Notes under the pieces: model-generated | The model's database searches: none | What the model saw: only the letters and a program-made list of their open reading frames with translations | What the model was told of the DNA's origin: nothing | Shown here: positions 1 through 13,300 of the stretch, in pieces | How positions within the stretch are numbered: position 1 is the first letter of the stretch | Layout: every line of letters begins with the position of its first letter | Virus record (IMG/VR): IMGVR_UViG_3300023175_000096 | Coordinates: 1 to 39,909 of that record | Strand: one strand, 5' to 3' | DNA length: 39,909 nt | DNA from: a virus | Taxonomy: Duplodnaviria > Caudoviricetes | Made by a program: the position numbers and the translations under genes

Positions 1-1
1 T

Positions 2-277
2 AATATTACAGCACCTGAACATAGAGAAACTGCAAAAGACGGAATTTTTATGAACTCAACTCCTGCGGCAGTAGCGGCTGGTACAGCAACAAGACCTGTG
101 CGTATTCCTACACACGAACCTTGGCCAGATCACGAAAACTTAGATCCAAAAACATTTGTTCCTGACAAAACAGAATCAATACCAGATAACGAACGTGTAG
201 GAACATTTGTTAATTCTACACAAGAAGAAGCACCAGAGTTTCCAACACTTACGGATACTTTTAAGCGTCCAACATAA
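2..277 (+). CDS. 3' end of a gene truncated by the window edge; probable baseplate hub/central spike (gp5/VgrG-like) C-terminus
   Basis: The frame of the 50..277 ORF is open back to base 2 (NITAPEHRETAKDGIFMNS...), so ATG 50 is probably internal. It ends in RIPTHEPWPDHENLDP and lies directly before a gp25-like gene, the usual position of gp5-like genes. The product call rests mainly on synteny. Confidence 0.5.
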   Translation, partial: NITAPEHRETAKDGIFMNSTPAAVAAGTATRPVRIPTHEPWPDHENLDPKTFVPDKTESIPDNERVGTFVNSTQEEAPEFPTLTDTFKRPT

Positions 278-280
278 TAA

Positions 281-289
281 GGTAAATAC
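281..289 (+). promoter_or_regulatory. Putative T4-like late promoter core (ggTAAATAc)
   Basis: TAAATA at 283-288 in the short intergenic gap, 4 nt before ATG 293; the same motif recurs before other structural genes. Confidence 0.5.
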
Positions 290-292
290 GGT

Positions 293-748
293 ATGAGCAC
301 ACTAGAAAAAAACTTATATAAGCAAGTATCAGTAAAGGGTAGTAATAATTCAGATAGAGTTACTACTGAAAAAAGTGCTACATATAGAGGATTTAGTACT
401 GTAAATCCTGAAGCTAGTTCGCATGTATTACATGATATTGCTCTTATAAAACAGGATATTATAAATCATTTTCACATTCGTCAAGGTGAAAAACTTAGTG
501 ATCCTGAGTTTGGAACAATTATATGGGACATACTTTTTGAACCGTTAACAGATACTGTTAAAAATGCAATAGTTGAAAATGTTTCAAGAATTGTAAATTA
601 TGATCCGCGTGTTCAAGTTAATCAAATTACTGTAGATTCTTACGAAAGTGGCATACAAGTTGAGTGCGAACTTGCCTATCTTCCTTATTCTATAGTAGAA
701 AAAATGCAGTTGAAATTTGATGAGAACGCTGGGTTTATGACGCAGTAA
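293..748 (+). CDS. gp25: Baseplate wedge subunit, GPW/gp25 family
   Basis: 151 aa with YRGFS...D..LIKQDIINHF.IRQGEK..DPEFGTIIWDILFEP...YDPRVQV, the typical gp25 pattern (GE....P.FG..I..LLFEP; EPRV-like). Confidence 0.9.
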   Translation: MSTLEKNLYKQVSVKGSNNSDRVTTEKSATYRGFSTVNPEASSHVLHDIALIKQDIINHFHIRQGEKLSDPEFGTIIWDILFEPLTDTVKNAIVENVSRIVNYDPRVQVNQITVDSYESGIQVECELAYLPYSIVEKMQLKFDENAGFMTQ

Positions 749-772
749 TTATATACGCACTTATTATTTTCA

Positions 773-780
773 TATAAATA
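773..780 (+). promoter_or_regulatory. T4-type late promoter TATAAATA
   Basis: Exact TATAAATA in the 55-bp intergenic gap, followed by an AAGGA Shine-Dalgarno and ATG 804. Confidence 0.75.
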
Positions 781-803
781 CTGCTATAGATAAGGAATAG
801 CCA

Positions 804-3800
804 ATGTCATCTACAGATAGACAAAATAGATTATTATTAGCAGAAGATTGGAAGAGAGTCTATCAGTCTTTTCGTAATGCAGATTTTCAAAGTTATGATT
901 TCGACAATTTACGTCGAACAATGATTCAATACCTTAGGGAAAACTATCCTGAGGATTTTAATGATTATGTTGAATCTAGCGAATACCTTGCGCTAATAGA
1001 TCTTATTGCATTCCTTGGTCAAAATATTTCTTATCGTATTGATCTAAATGCTCGAGAAAACTACTTAGAACTAGCAGAGCGTCGTGAAAGTGTGTTACGT
1101 TTAGCTCGTTTATTATCTTACAATCCTAAGCGTAATCAGCCTGCTAACGGACTACTTAAAATTCAAAATATTAGAACTACTGAAGAAGTTCGCGATAGTA
1201 ACAATGTTAACTTATCAGGACAAACAATTACTTGGAACGATCCTGCTAATAGTGATTGGTATGAACAGTTTATAAAAGTTTTAAATACTGCACTTCCAAC
1301 TAATGGAACTTTTGGCCGTCCTACAAAAAAGACAGTTATATCAGGAGTTGATACTGAGCAATATAGATTTAATAGTACTAATACTGATGTACCAACTTTC
1401 CAATTTAATAAAACAATTGACGGTAGAGCAGTACGATTTGAAATAGTATCAACTGATATTACTGATACTATTCTCGAAGAAGCTCCTTTCCCTGGCAATA
1501 ATTTTGCTTTGTTATATAGAGATGATGGTAAGGGTCCTACTAGTTCAAATACAGGATTTTTTAGTCATTTCCGTCAAGGAACTTTAGACATAGGCGTGTT
1601 TACGATCAACAACTATGCATCTAATCAATCAGTTGCTATCGAAACACCATTAATTAATAATTCAGATGTTTGGTTATATCAGTTAGATAGTTTAGGAAAC
1701 GAAAAAGAACTTTGGACTCAAGTAGATGCATTACAAGGTAACAATGTTATCTATAATAGTTTAGATAAAAATGACAGAAATCTTTATTCAGTTTTGACTA
1801 GAGTAGATGACAGAGTTAGTTTGCTGTTTAGTGACGGGGTATTTGGTAATATTCCAAAAGGTCAATTTAAAGCATATTTTAGAACAAGTTTAAATCAACG
1901 AGTAACTATTACTCCACAAGATTTTAGAGGAATAACAATTACTATTCCTTATCTTTCAAAGCGTAATAAACTAGAAACTCTTACTATAACTTATAACTTA
2001 AAGTACACTGTTGATAATAGTTCAGTTAGTGAAACTACAAGATCAATTAAACAAAATGCACCTACTACTTACTACACCCAAAATAGAATGGTTACAGGTG
2101 AAGATTATCAAATTGCACCATTAGGTATTAATCAACAAATTGTAAAAGTTAAAAGTGTTAATAGAGTTGCAAGTGGTATAAGTCGTTATTTTGATTTAAT
2201 AGATGCTACTAGCAAATATAGTCAAACAACTTTATACGGCAATGACGGTGTTGTATATAAAGAGTATCAACATAAGAAAGATGGATTTAATTTTACTACT
2301 AGAACAGATGTAGAAGGTGCTGTAGAAAATACTATTATACCTATTTTAAATGATAAAAAAATTAGAAACTTTTATTTTGACAAATTTAATAAAATTATAA
2401 CTAGAGACCTAGGAGTTAACTGGGTACAAACAACTTCAGAAACTAACTTATGTACTGGATATTTTAAAAATATTGAAGATGTCCCTTCTACCTTAGGTAG
2501 CTTTACTGGCTCAATTTTAAGTCTAGTTACAGTTGGATCTTTAATTAAAGTAGTTGCTCCTGGATATGTAGCTAAATCAGCACCAGAAGATGCAGATACA
2601 TCGACTAATCATTTTAATACTAAAGGTGAGCTAGTTTCAGGACCTGCTAAGTTGCTAGGCGACACTTATTACAAATGGGTTAAAGTTATTAGAATTAACG
2701 GTACAGGCTTTGAACCTACAGATGATGGTCGCGGCGCTGTTATATTAAATGATGTTATTCCAACAGGTGGTATATTATATGAAATTAAGCCACCTCTTGC
2801 TAATAATTTAGAAACTGGTGTTAAGCAACAAATTATAGATCAAATATTTTCATATAAAACATTTGGTTTAAGGTTTGATCAAATTGATGCTGAGTGGAGA
2901 ATAGTTACAGAAAACAATCTTTCACTAGGCACAGAATTTAGTACAGGTAAAACCGGAGATGTAACTAATCAAAATCTTGACGCAAGTTGGTTAGTACTTT
3001 TTCAAACTAATGGAGAAAGATATACAATTACATATCGTTCAATGAGATTTGTATTTGAAAGTGATAACGAAATTCGTTTTTATTATGATTCAAACGATAA
3101 AATTTATAATAATAAAACAGGAAAAATTGTTAAAGATAGTATATCTGTATTAAACATTAATCCACAACCAGATAATCCTGCTCCATTCACAAGAGATTTT
3201 GATTGGGAAATAGTTGATGCATATAGAGATGTAGAAGGATATGTAGATAGTAAAAAATTAGAAATTAGCTATTTTGACGACGACGAAGATGGCATTGTTG
3301 ACGATGCAGATTTATTTGAAGAAATTATTGCTCCTGAAGTAAATCCAACTAACAAGTATATTATATTTGAAAGAATAGTAACAAATGACGGCGTAGAAGA
3401 TTATAATTATTTTAACAACGATAATGACGAAGTTATTATTTTAAATTCTAAAACAGAAGTAGAGCCCTTTAGTACATACAACGATGGACAGGTTTTCTAT
3501 TATATTGACACTGATGTCTTTGAAGTTCTAGACAAATCTACTCTTAAATTAAACATTACTGCTGATTATAAAGCAAGGGTTGGCAGAGATAAATTAAAAT
3601 TCCGTTATATTCATGCAGCAAGTGCTGAATCAAGAATTGATCCTAGTGCAAGTAATATTATTGATATGTATTTGCTAACTAGAAATTATGATAATGATTT
3701 TAGATTATGGCTTACAGATCAATCAATTGAAAAACCATTACCGTCGAGTAGTGATCAGTTGTTTATTGAGTACGGATCAGCACTGAATAAGATTAAATCA

Positions 3801-4295
3801 TTAACAGACGAAGTTATATATCATCCTGTTAAGTATAAGATACTATTTGGAAAAGAAGCAGATACAGAATTGAAAGCTAAATTTAAGATTGTAAAAAATG
3901 CAGATAAAGTTCTAAATGATAATGATATTAAAACAAGAGTAATTATAGCAATTAATCAGTTTTTTGCATTAGACAACTGGGACTTTGGCGAAACTTTTTA
4001 CTTCTCAGAACTTTCGGGATTTGTCATTAATCAACTTGCTCCTGATATATCTTCGTTTATTATTGTTCCTGTACAGGAAGATCAATCATTTGGTAGCTTG
4101 TATGAAATTAAATCAGAAGCAGATGAAATTTTTATAAGCAGTGCAAGTGTAGACGATATTGAAATTATAGATGCAATTACTGCTTCTAGATTAAAAGCCT
4201 CAGGCGAAGTAGTTACACAATCAAAAACAGTTAATGCTGGAATTCAAAGTACAAACTTTGAAGATAACGCAACACGAATTAATAAAGGGTATTAA
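804..4295 (+). CDS. gp6: Baseplate wedge subunit, T4 gp6-like (enlarged, 1163 aa)
   Basis: N-terminal DFDNLRRTMIQYL...FNDY.ESS...LIDLIAFLG......D...RENYLELAERRESVLRLARLLSYNP, then FSDGVFGNIP and ET..SIKQNAP..Y.TQNRMVTGEDY. These are gp6/baseplate-J-like motifs, and the gene follows gp25. Confidence 0.85.
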   Translation: MSSTDRQNRLLLAEDWKRVYQSFRNADFQSYDFDNLRRTMIQYLRENYPEDFNDYVESSEYLALIDLIAFLGQNISYRIDLNARENYLELAERRESVLRLARLLSYNPKRNQPANGLLKIQNIRTTEEVRDSNNVNLSGQTITWNDPANSDWYEQFIKVLNTALPTNGTFGRPTKKTVISGVDTEQYRFNSTNTDVPTFQFNKTIDGRAVRFEIVSTDITDTILEEAPFPGNNFALLYRDDGKGPTSSNTGFFSHFRQGTLDIGVFTINNYASNQSVAIETPLINNSDVWLYQLDSLGNEKELWTQVDALQGNNVIYNSLDKNDRNLYSVLTRVDDRVSLLFSDGVFGNIPKGQFKAYFRTSLNQRVTITPQDFRGITITIPYLSKRNKLETLTITYNLKYTVDNSSVSETTRSIKQNAPTTYYTQNRMVTGEDYQIAPLGINQQIVKVKSVNRVASGISRYFDLIDATSKYSQTTLYGNDGVVYKEYQHKKDGFNFTTRTDVEGAVENTIIPILNDKKIRNFYFDKFNKIITRDLGVNWVQTTSETNLCTGYFKNIEDVPSTLGSFTGSILSLVTVGSLIKVVAPGYVAKSAPEDADTSTNHFNTKGELVSGPAKLLGDTYYKWVKVIRINGTGFEPTDDGRGAVILNDVIPTGGILYEIKPPLANNLETGVKQQIIDQIFSYKTFGLRFDQIDAEWRIVTENNLSLGTEFSTGKTGDVTNQNLDASWLVLFQTNGERYTITYRSMRFVFESDNEIRFYYDSNDKIYNNKTGKIVKDSISVLNINPQPDNPAPFTRDFDWEIVDAYRDVEGYVDSKKLEISYFDDDEDGIVDDADLFEEIIAPEVNPTNKYIIFERIVTNDGVEDYNYFNNDNDEVIILNSKTEVEPFSTYNDGQVFYYIDTDVFEVLDKSTLKLNITADYKARVGRDKLKFRYIHAASAESRIDPSASNIIDMYLLTRNYDNDFRLWLTDQSIEKPLPSSSDQLFIEYGSALNKIKSLTDEVIYHPVKYKILFGKEADTELKAKFKIVKNADKVLNDNDIKTRVIIAINQFFALDNWDFGETFYFSELSGFVINQLAPDISSFIIVPVQEDQSFGSLYEIKSEADEIFISSASVDDIEIIDAITASRLKASGEVVTQSKTVNAGIQSTNFEDNATRINKGY

Positions 4296-4300
4296 TACTA

Positions 4301-7300
4301 ATGGCTGACGATAATAAGCAAAATGAATATCCACTTCCAGGTGAAGTGCCACAGCGTAGAGAAAGTGCTAGACACTTACCCAAATATTTTAGAACTGAGA
4401 AAAATACTAAGTTTTTACAATCTACGTTAGACCAATTACTACAACCTGGAGTATCAGAAAAAGTTAATTCATTTGTAGGAAGAAAAAGTGCAAAGGCATT
4501 TAACTCAACTACTGATTCTTATCTTGAAGATGTAACTGCTGACAGAACTAATTATCAACTAGAACCAGTTAGTATTGTAAAGGACAATTTAGGAAATACA
4601 GAATTCTTAAGAGACTATATGGATTATATTCACCAAATTGAGAATTTTGGTGGCGACAATAAAAATCATAGTAGAAATAATAAACAAGAATTCTATGCTT
4701 GGAACCCTAATATCAATTGGGACATGCTTACAAATTTCCGTGAATATTATTGGCTTCCTACAGGACCACAAACTGTTGTTATTCCAGGAGAGTCAAAAGA
4801 AATTACAAGTACATATACTGTTGAATTACAAAATGCTCTTGGAGACTATTCTTATGTGTTTACTCCTGATGGAGCAACAAATAATCCTACATTAAAATTG
4901 TATAGAGGTGTAAAGTATAGATTTGAAATTAACACTCCCGGACTGCCGTTTACTTTTAGATCTGCTAGAACATTAGAAGATGAATTTTTACTAGTAGACG
5001 AAGTATCTCAACAAGGAGTAGAAAACGGAGTAATCGAATTATTACTTGGCCCAGGAACACCAAATGAAATATGGTATGTTGCAGACAACGATATTAATAT
5101 TGGTGGACTAATTAAAGTTGCTAATCAAGACGAAGCTAGTTTTATTGATGTTGAGTCGGAAATTTTAGGTAAAAAGTATTATCAAACTAGAGATGGATGG
5201 AGTTTAACAAACGGTCTTAAAGTAAGATTTTCAGGCGAAGTTACTCCTTCAAAATTTGCTGATAGTGAATGGTATGTAGAAGGTGTTGGCGATGCAATTA
5301 AACTTGTTTCTGACATTGACGTAGAAGTTTCTTTTCCAGTAGGAATTGATTTATTAATACCTTTTGATGACGGTGTTGATGGATTTGATAGTTTACCATT
5401 TGGATCTGCAACTGGATATCCTAGAGATAAAGATTATATTACTATTAACCGTTCTAGCCCAGATGGAAATTTTTGGTCTAGATACAATAGATGGTTTCAT
5501 AGAAGTGTTATTGAGTTATCAGCAGAAATTAATAATTTAGTTTTAGATATTGATCAAAGCCAACGTGCTAACAGACCAATTATTGAATTCAAAGACGGAT
5601 TAAAACTTTATAATTTTGGTACAAAGACAAAACAAGTAGTTGACTTACTTGACAATTTTACTACTGATGCTTTTAGTACTATAGAAGGTAGTCTAGGTTA
5701 TAACATTGACAGTGTACAACTTGTAGAAGGTATGAGAATTGTATTTCTAGCAGATACCGATCCTTTAGTTAGAGGTAAAATATTTGAAGTTAGATTTATT
5801 AAGTTTACAGGAAGCGGATCCGACGGACAAATTAGTTTAGTTGAAACTGCTGATTCAGATCCTCAATCAGGTGAAAACATTTTAATTACCAGGGGTGAAA
5901 GTTATGCTGGATCTATGTGGTATTATGACGGAACAGATTGGAATAGAGCACAAGAAAAAACAGCAGTAAATCAACCTCCTGTATTTGATATTTTTGATGT
6001 AGACGGCTACAGTTATTCAAATACAAATGTTTATCCTGCTAATAGTTTTAGAGGAACTAAAATTTTTAGTTATAAAGAGGGAACTGGTAGTAACGATTCT
6101 GTTTTAGGATTTCCAATAGCATATAGAAGTATTAATAATGTTGGAGATATTGTTTTTAACTTTGATTTTAATACTGACATAGTACAATATCAAATTGATG
6201 ATGAATTATATAATATTAATGTTAGTAACGGATATCTAAGAAGATATATTCCTGATTTAGGATATGAATTACTAGGAGCGTATGTTAAAACAGATGCGCT
6301 TAGTGAGCAAGAAGTAATATTACAATATGTAAACGACGGTACAAGATTACAATATCCAATTGATTGTTATAATAACAGTGCATTTTTAACTGACTTAAAA
6401 GTTAAAGTATTTGTAGACAACGTTATTGTGTACGAAGGTACTGATTATGAATTAGTTAATACAGCAGATAAAATTAAAGCAATTAAATTTTTAAACAGTG
6501 TTGAACAGAATGCTAATATTCTAATTAAGACAAGTTCAAGTACTCCTAAAAATCAAAACGGTTATTATGATATTGCACCAAACTTAGAAAAAAATCCTCT
6601 AAATGAAAATATCTCAACGTTTACTTTAGGTGAAGTTACAGACCATGTAAGTAGTATTACACAAAATACTCCTAATTTTAACGGAGTATTTCCTGGAGTT
6701 AGTAATTTACGAGATATAAAAAATCTAAGTGCATACGGTAGAAAATTTATTAAACATTCTGCACCTTTAAATCTTGCACTATTTTCAACTTTAGATAAAG
6801 AATCAAACATTGTTAAATCTCTAAGATTTTCTAAAAAGGAATATAGTAAATTTAAAAGATTATTTTTAGAAGCAGCAGAATCTATTAGTTATAGCGGAAC
6901 TGTTAGAGGGCATGTTGATAAAATAATTGAAGAAATTACTAAAGATAAAATTAATTCTATGCCATTTTACTTTTCAGATATGATCGGTTATGGCGCAGCA
7001 GTTACTACTAAAATTTTGATTGAAGATAAAGATACTAGATTTTTTGCACTTACTACACCATTTGATTTAACTGAGTTAAGTACTCGTGCAGTAACAGTTT
7101 ATTTAAACGGTGTTCAATTACTTCATAATCGTGATTATATTTTTAATAGTGAAGGATATTTAGAAGTAACAGTTGAAAAGGAGTTTGGTGATACATTAGA
7201 AATTAATGAATATGAAAATACTAATGGCACATATATACCGTCTACTCCTACTAAACTAGGACTCTTTCCTAAATATGTTCCTGAAATTTTTGTTGATGAC

Positions 7301-10300
7301 ACATATGCCGATGCTCCATTAATTATAAGAGGACACGACGGAAGTTTAACTAAAGCATTTAATGATTACAGAGATGATTTAATTTTAGATTTAGAAAAAC
7401 GTATTTTTAATAATATAAAAACTGAATACGATCCTAAGATTTTAAACATACACGATTATTTGCCAAGTACTTTTAGAAATACACAATTTTCTAGGACAGA
7501 AGTATATAGTCCAATGATTACTGATTTTGTTCAATGGTTAGAGTTAATAGACGAAGATTATACTGAACATAGATATTTTGATAGAATAGATTCTTTTACT
7601 TGGAATTATTCAAGTATGAATTCACCAACTGGTGAAAAATTAGCAGGCTGGTGGAGAGGAGTTTATCGTCAACTATTTGATACAGATCGTCCTCATACAC
7701 AACCTTGGGAAATGCTAGGATATACAATTAAACCTACATGGTGGGAGGAACAATACGGCCCTGCTCCTTATACTAGCGAAAACTTACTAATGTGGGAAGA
7801 CCTAGAAAAAGGAATTATTAGAAAACCAGGAGAGCCCTTTATAATCAATTCTAAGTATGCTCGTCCAGGACTAACTAAATTTTTACCAGTAGACAGAGAT
7901 GGTAACTTATTAAGTCCGTCAGACTCAAACGCAACTCAACGATTTGCTAGTGTTGGTTTAGATTCTTCTTTTGTATTTGGAGATAATTCTCCTATTGAAA
8001 ATGCTTGGAGACAAAGTTCAGAATTTCCTTTTGCATTATTAACAAGTTGGATTATTAATTCTCCTAGTTCCTTACTATCAGCAGGATTTGATAGATCTAG
8101 GCAAATTAGAAATACTCTTGGTCATTTAGTATATAAACCAACTATGGACCATATAAAATTATCTGATTTAGTATTTCCAAATACCTCAGCAGATTCTACA
8201 CAAGTACTTACATCTGGATTAGTTAATTATATTTCAGCGTTTATGTCAAGTAGTGTAACTTCAAATTTTGATGATTATAAACGTAAACTTAAATCTATTA
8301 AAAACTGTCTTGCTTTTAAATTAGGTGGATTTACAGATAAGAGTAAGTTTAAATTAATTTTAGAGTCTAGAACACCTTTAAATAGTGGCAATGTGTTCAT
8401 TCCAGAAGAAAATTATAATATAGCGTTGCATACTAGTTCTCCAATAAAAACAGTTAATTATAGCGGTGTTATTGTAGAAAAACGTCCGTCTGGTTTTATT
8501 ATAAGAGGTTATAATAAAGAGAATCCGGTATTTAAATGGTATCGTCCGTTTAGTTCTAATAAAGATGTAACGATTAATGTTGGAGGAATTTCAGAAAGTT
8601 TTTCTAAATGGGAAGCTGGACAACTTTATAATAAAGGAAAGATAGTACAGCATCAAAATTCATTTTTTAGTGTAATAGAAACACATACAGCAGCATTAAG
8701 TTTTGATTCTTCAAAATTTACTAAACTTCCAAAACTTCCTACAATTGGAGGAGCCGATGCAACTTTTAAAGTGAGATTTAATAAGTTTGATGAAGAAATT
8801 TTACCTTACGGAACTAATTTAAGAACAATTCAAGACGTTGTAGACTTTTTATTAGGTTACGAACAGTGGCTAATAGAACAAGGTTTTAGATTTGAATATT
8901 ATGACGGCGAGGAAAAAGTACTATCAGATTGGAAAAATAGCTGTCGTGAGTTTATGTTCTGGACTACGCAGAATTGGTCTGAAGGCGCACTTATTGCGTT
9001 GAGTCCTGTTGCAGACGAAATAAACTTCCAAACTGAATATTCAACAGTTGACAATATTTTTGATAACTTCTATGGTTATAGTTTACTTAAATCTGATGGT
9101 ACAAAATTAGTAGAAGAATTTACTCGCATTAGCAGACAAGAACCAAATAAGTTTAAAATTCGTCCTAAACAAACAGGCGATGGAGTATATGCAGTACAAA
9201 TTCCTATTATAAGAAAAGAGCATATAGTAATACTAGATAATACTACTGTATTTGGAGATATTATCTATCAGCCAGCAACTGGATATCGTCAAGATAGAAT
9301 TCGTACACTAGGATATAGAACCGTTGATTGGGACGGAAGTTTGAATGTCCCTGGGTTTATATACGATGAAGCAATAATTACTGAATGGCAATCTTGGAAA
9401 GACTATTCTATTGGCGATTTAGTTAAACATAAACAATTCTTTTATAGTGCAAATGAAAAGGTTCCAGGAAGTCTTTTATTTGATGACAAATATTGGTCAC
9501 GTCTATCTGAAAAACCAGAAAGTAGATTGTTAACAAACTTTGAATATAAAACTAATCAATTTGCAGATTTCTATGATCTAGATACAGATAACTTTGATAT
9601 TGAGCAGCAAAAATATGCACAACACTTAATAGGTTATCAAAATAGAAACTATCTAGCAAATATTATTAATGACGATGTAAGCCAATATAAATTCTATCAA
9701 GGAATGATTAAAGAAAAAGGCACACTAAACAGTCTTAATAAATTATTTGATGTTTTAAGCGAAAATGATAAAGAAAGTATTGATTTTTACGAAGAATGGG
9801 CAATTAAACAAAGTCAATATGGCGCAAGCGAAGGATTTGATGAAGTTGAATTTAAACTAGACGAATCACTTATTAGATCTAATCCTCAGCCATTCTTGCT
9901 TACTAATGATATTACTGGCGAAGAAACAGATTTAGTATATAGAATTCCTGATTTCAGTGTATTTAAGAAACCGGCAAAGTATAATAATACTCCATTTCCT
10001 GTAACAGAGTCTTTACCTCAATATACTAGAGATGCAGGTTATACACATATTGAAGATATTGCTATTACAGTAGCAAACTTTGATGATATTGTAACTAAAT
10101 CATTTACTGAGGTTAAAAATAAAGAATATGTTTGGGTAGGAAATAGAAACGGTGATTGGTCAGTTTATCAACATGTAAACTCTTCTTATATTATTACAAG
10201 TATAAAAGGTAACGCAACTGCAATTAGTATTGGCGCCGCAGATAAAAATCAATTTACAATTACACTTGACACATCAACAACTGATATTGTACCAGGTGAC

Positions 10301-13300
10301 ATTATTGGCATATACGATCTTATTGAGACAAGTTATGCAACACAAGATAGTACATATCCTATTGCAAAACAAACTTCTTCGGATACTGACGGATTCTTTA
10401 AAGTTCTTAAAGTTAGTGTAAATGAAATTATTATTGAGACAGATAAAGTAATTTCAGATATTAATCAATGTAGAGGCATAGTATCTAAGTTTATCCCAGT
10501 TAGGGCAAATACATATAACGATGCAAACAAAATTGCACAAGAAGGAATTAATAAAAATGATTTGTTATGGGTTGACACAGATGATAGAAATCAATGGCGA
10601 GTTCTTAGAAATACTCAGGCATACAACTTATTGCAAAGAATTCCAGGAGAAGAATTAGGCATTAACAATAATTTTGCAAGTAGTTTAGCAGTTGATAGTA
10701 GAAACGTTACATTAGCAGTAGCATCGCCAACTGCTGGCAATGACGGAAAAGTTTTCTTATACACTAGAGGCGGGAATAATCAAAACTTCCAATTTACGCA
10801 AATAATTGAACCTATATCAACAATATCAGATCTTAATAAAGGATTTGGTAAAGGTATTGATATTAGTTCAGACGGAAAGTATTTGATTGTTGGCTCGCCT
10901 AACTCTTCAAATGTAAAAACTAAATTTAAAGGTGAATATGATCCAACAGCTGATTATCAAAATACTGAAATTGTATCTTATGAAGAACAGTTATGGGAAG
11001 CTATAGTAGATATTCAAGGTGCTAATTTATCTCAACCATTTGGTAGCTTTACTGCAATGGTTGAAGTTATTGTAGACAATAATATTACTTCTGGCGAAAT
11101 ACAATTTAATAATTTATTAGCAGGCAACTATCCGTTTAAAAATACAGAAGCAGATCATATTTTAGTAAGAGCAGGAGCAGATCAATATAGGGCTACTGGC
11201 ATTGGAGATACTGTTTATTTAGATTGGTATGCGGAAACTTCTGCAAATCAACAGCAAGATCCTAATAATTTATTTAGACAGCCGTTTGGCGGCGAAGGAC
11301 TACCTTGGGTAACTGAAGAATTTTTAGAAAGCGGTTTAGTAATACAAAACAAAATCGATGTTGTGCTATATATAGATGCATTTTCTCAGATTCCTAATGT
11401 TGGAGATCAGATAGAATCACAAGGTGTGTTTGGTTATGTAGCTTATACATATCAAGAAGGACCTAGTGTAGTAATTTACGTTACTGGATCTGTAGGTACT
11501 TGGCAGGAAACTAATTCTGTATTCTTAGAAACAGGAGAGTTCCTTGGACAGTATGTTCGTAATGCTCCTAAAGAACTTGCAGAAGTAGATACAACTGACG
11601 AACTAGGTGGATATTGGCTATTTAATAGACCTGAAGAGTTTTCATCTCCACAACCAATACTATCAGGTGACGTTATCGAAGATGAAGGTAGAGCCTTAGC
11701 AATATATAACATTGTTCCAGCAGGCAAAGATCCAGTAGACGCAGCTGGCGGAAATATATGGGATTACAATAATACAGAATTATTTGCAGGCGATAATAAT
11801 CAAAACAGTTATATTAGAACATTAACGTCCGAAGGCGAACCAGGAGCATACGGCGAGTTTGATATTATTAAAAGTGACCTGTTTGTAGTTAGAGCTCCAA
11901 AGAGTCTAACAGATATTTTAGACGTAGTTGCTCCAGGTGATGAAAATAACGATAAAGTTGGTTTAAGAGTTTTAAATTTTGCTAATTTAAATGATGGTTC
12001 GTTTGTTGACATTACTGACTCCGGATTAAATTACTTTGACACTAATAAAACTCATACGTTATATGACTTATGGGACGGATACATTAAATTTGCATTAGAC
12101 GAAACAGATGATTTTGGTCGTAGATTTGAACCTCTAGTTGGACAGTTTGTAAGAGATCAAAATACAGGTGCAACTGCACAAATAACTTTTTATCAGAGAG
12201 ATAGTGCCGAAGCAACTATTTTTGTTAAAAATGTTGCTGGAGAAAATCCTTGGTCATTAGGTTCTGATAATGGACAACCTGCTATACTTGAAATGTTAAG
12301 GATTCCAAACAATCCTTCAACAATTTATAATGTTACAAGACCTTTAGGCGACATTAAGACAGTTTCACTGGGTTCAGAAAATTTAGGAATTGGCGGTCTT
12401 TGCGTATTCCAACTTGATACAGAAATTGATGAAGTTCCAGTAAACGATACAATTATTGGGGCAGAATATATTATCTATAAAGACAGTGAAATTTTAGGAT
12501 TGCCTACTGAACCAAATATACCGTCATCAGTAAACTTAAACTGGAAAAACGTTTTTAGAGTTCCTGTAGATGCAAATGGTGTTGCACTTCCTCTTAACAA
12601 CTATGGGTCTTATTCAATATATGTTAGAGAAAATGTAAGCACATTTACACCTTTAGGATCTTTTATTGTTCCAGATCAAATTGACGAATTACAAATTGGT
12701 TCTAAAATTAAGATTGCTAAACAAAACGATTTTTATAGAGCATTTATTGGCTGTAAAGGAAATGGTACTGAAGAAAACCCAGGGCGCATCTATTTCTTAA
12801 ATAACGGTACTGACGAAGAAGGACTAACTTATAATTGGGAACTTGCAAAAGACAAGCGATATAAGGGTAGCTTTAGTGAAGATAGAGATTATTATCTAAA
12901 CGATATTATATTTAATGATGGTGAATTCTATACTGCACAAACTAATATTGCAGCAGGAGACAAGTTTAATATACTCGACTGGAGTTTGTCTACCAGCGAT
13001 AGTATTAGGAGTGTAGATTTTGTTGGATTTATTCCTAATAATACTGATAATGTTCCTGGTAATGATTCTAGTTTAAAACTTGAACAAGACGGCTTAATAT
13101 CATTTGGTAAAGATTTTGATATAAGTGACGACGGCGAAGTTTTAGCAGTTACCGCAGAATATAATAACGGACCAAACAAAGTAATACTATATAGAAATGT
13201 TAACGGCAACTATCAAAAATATCAAGAATTTGTAACCACTCAAGATAATGATGAATTTGGAAATCAAGTTAGTGTAAGTCAAGACGGAACTATGGTAGCA

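Noticed and set aside
50-277. 75-aa ORF as a standalone gene
   Set aside because: The frame is open to the window edge, so it is the tail of a longer gene.
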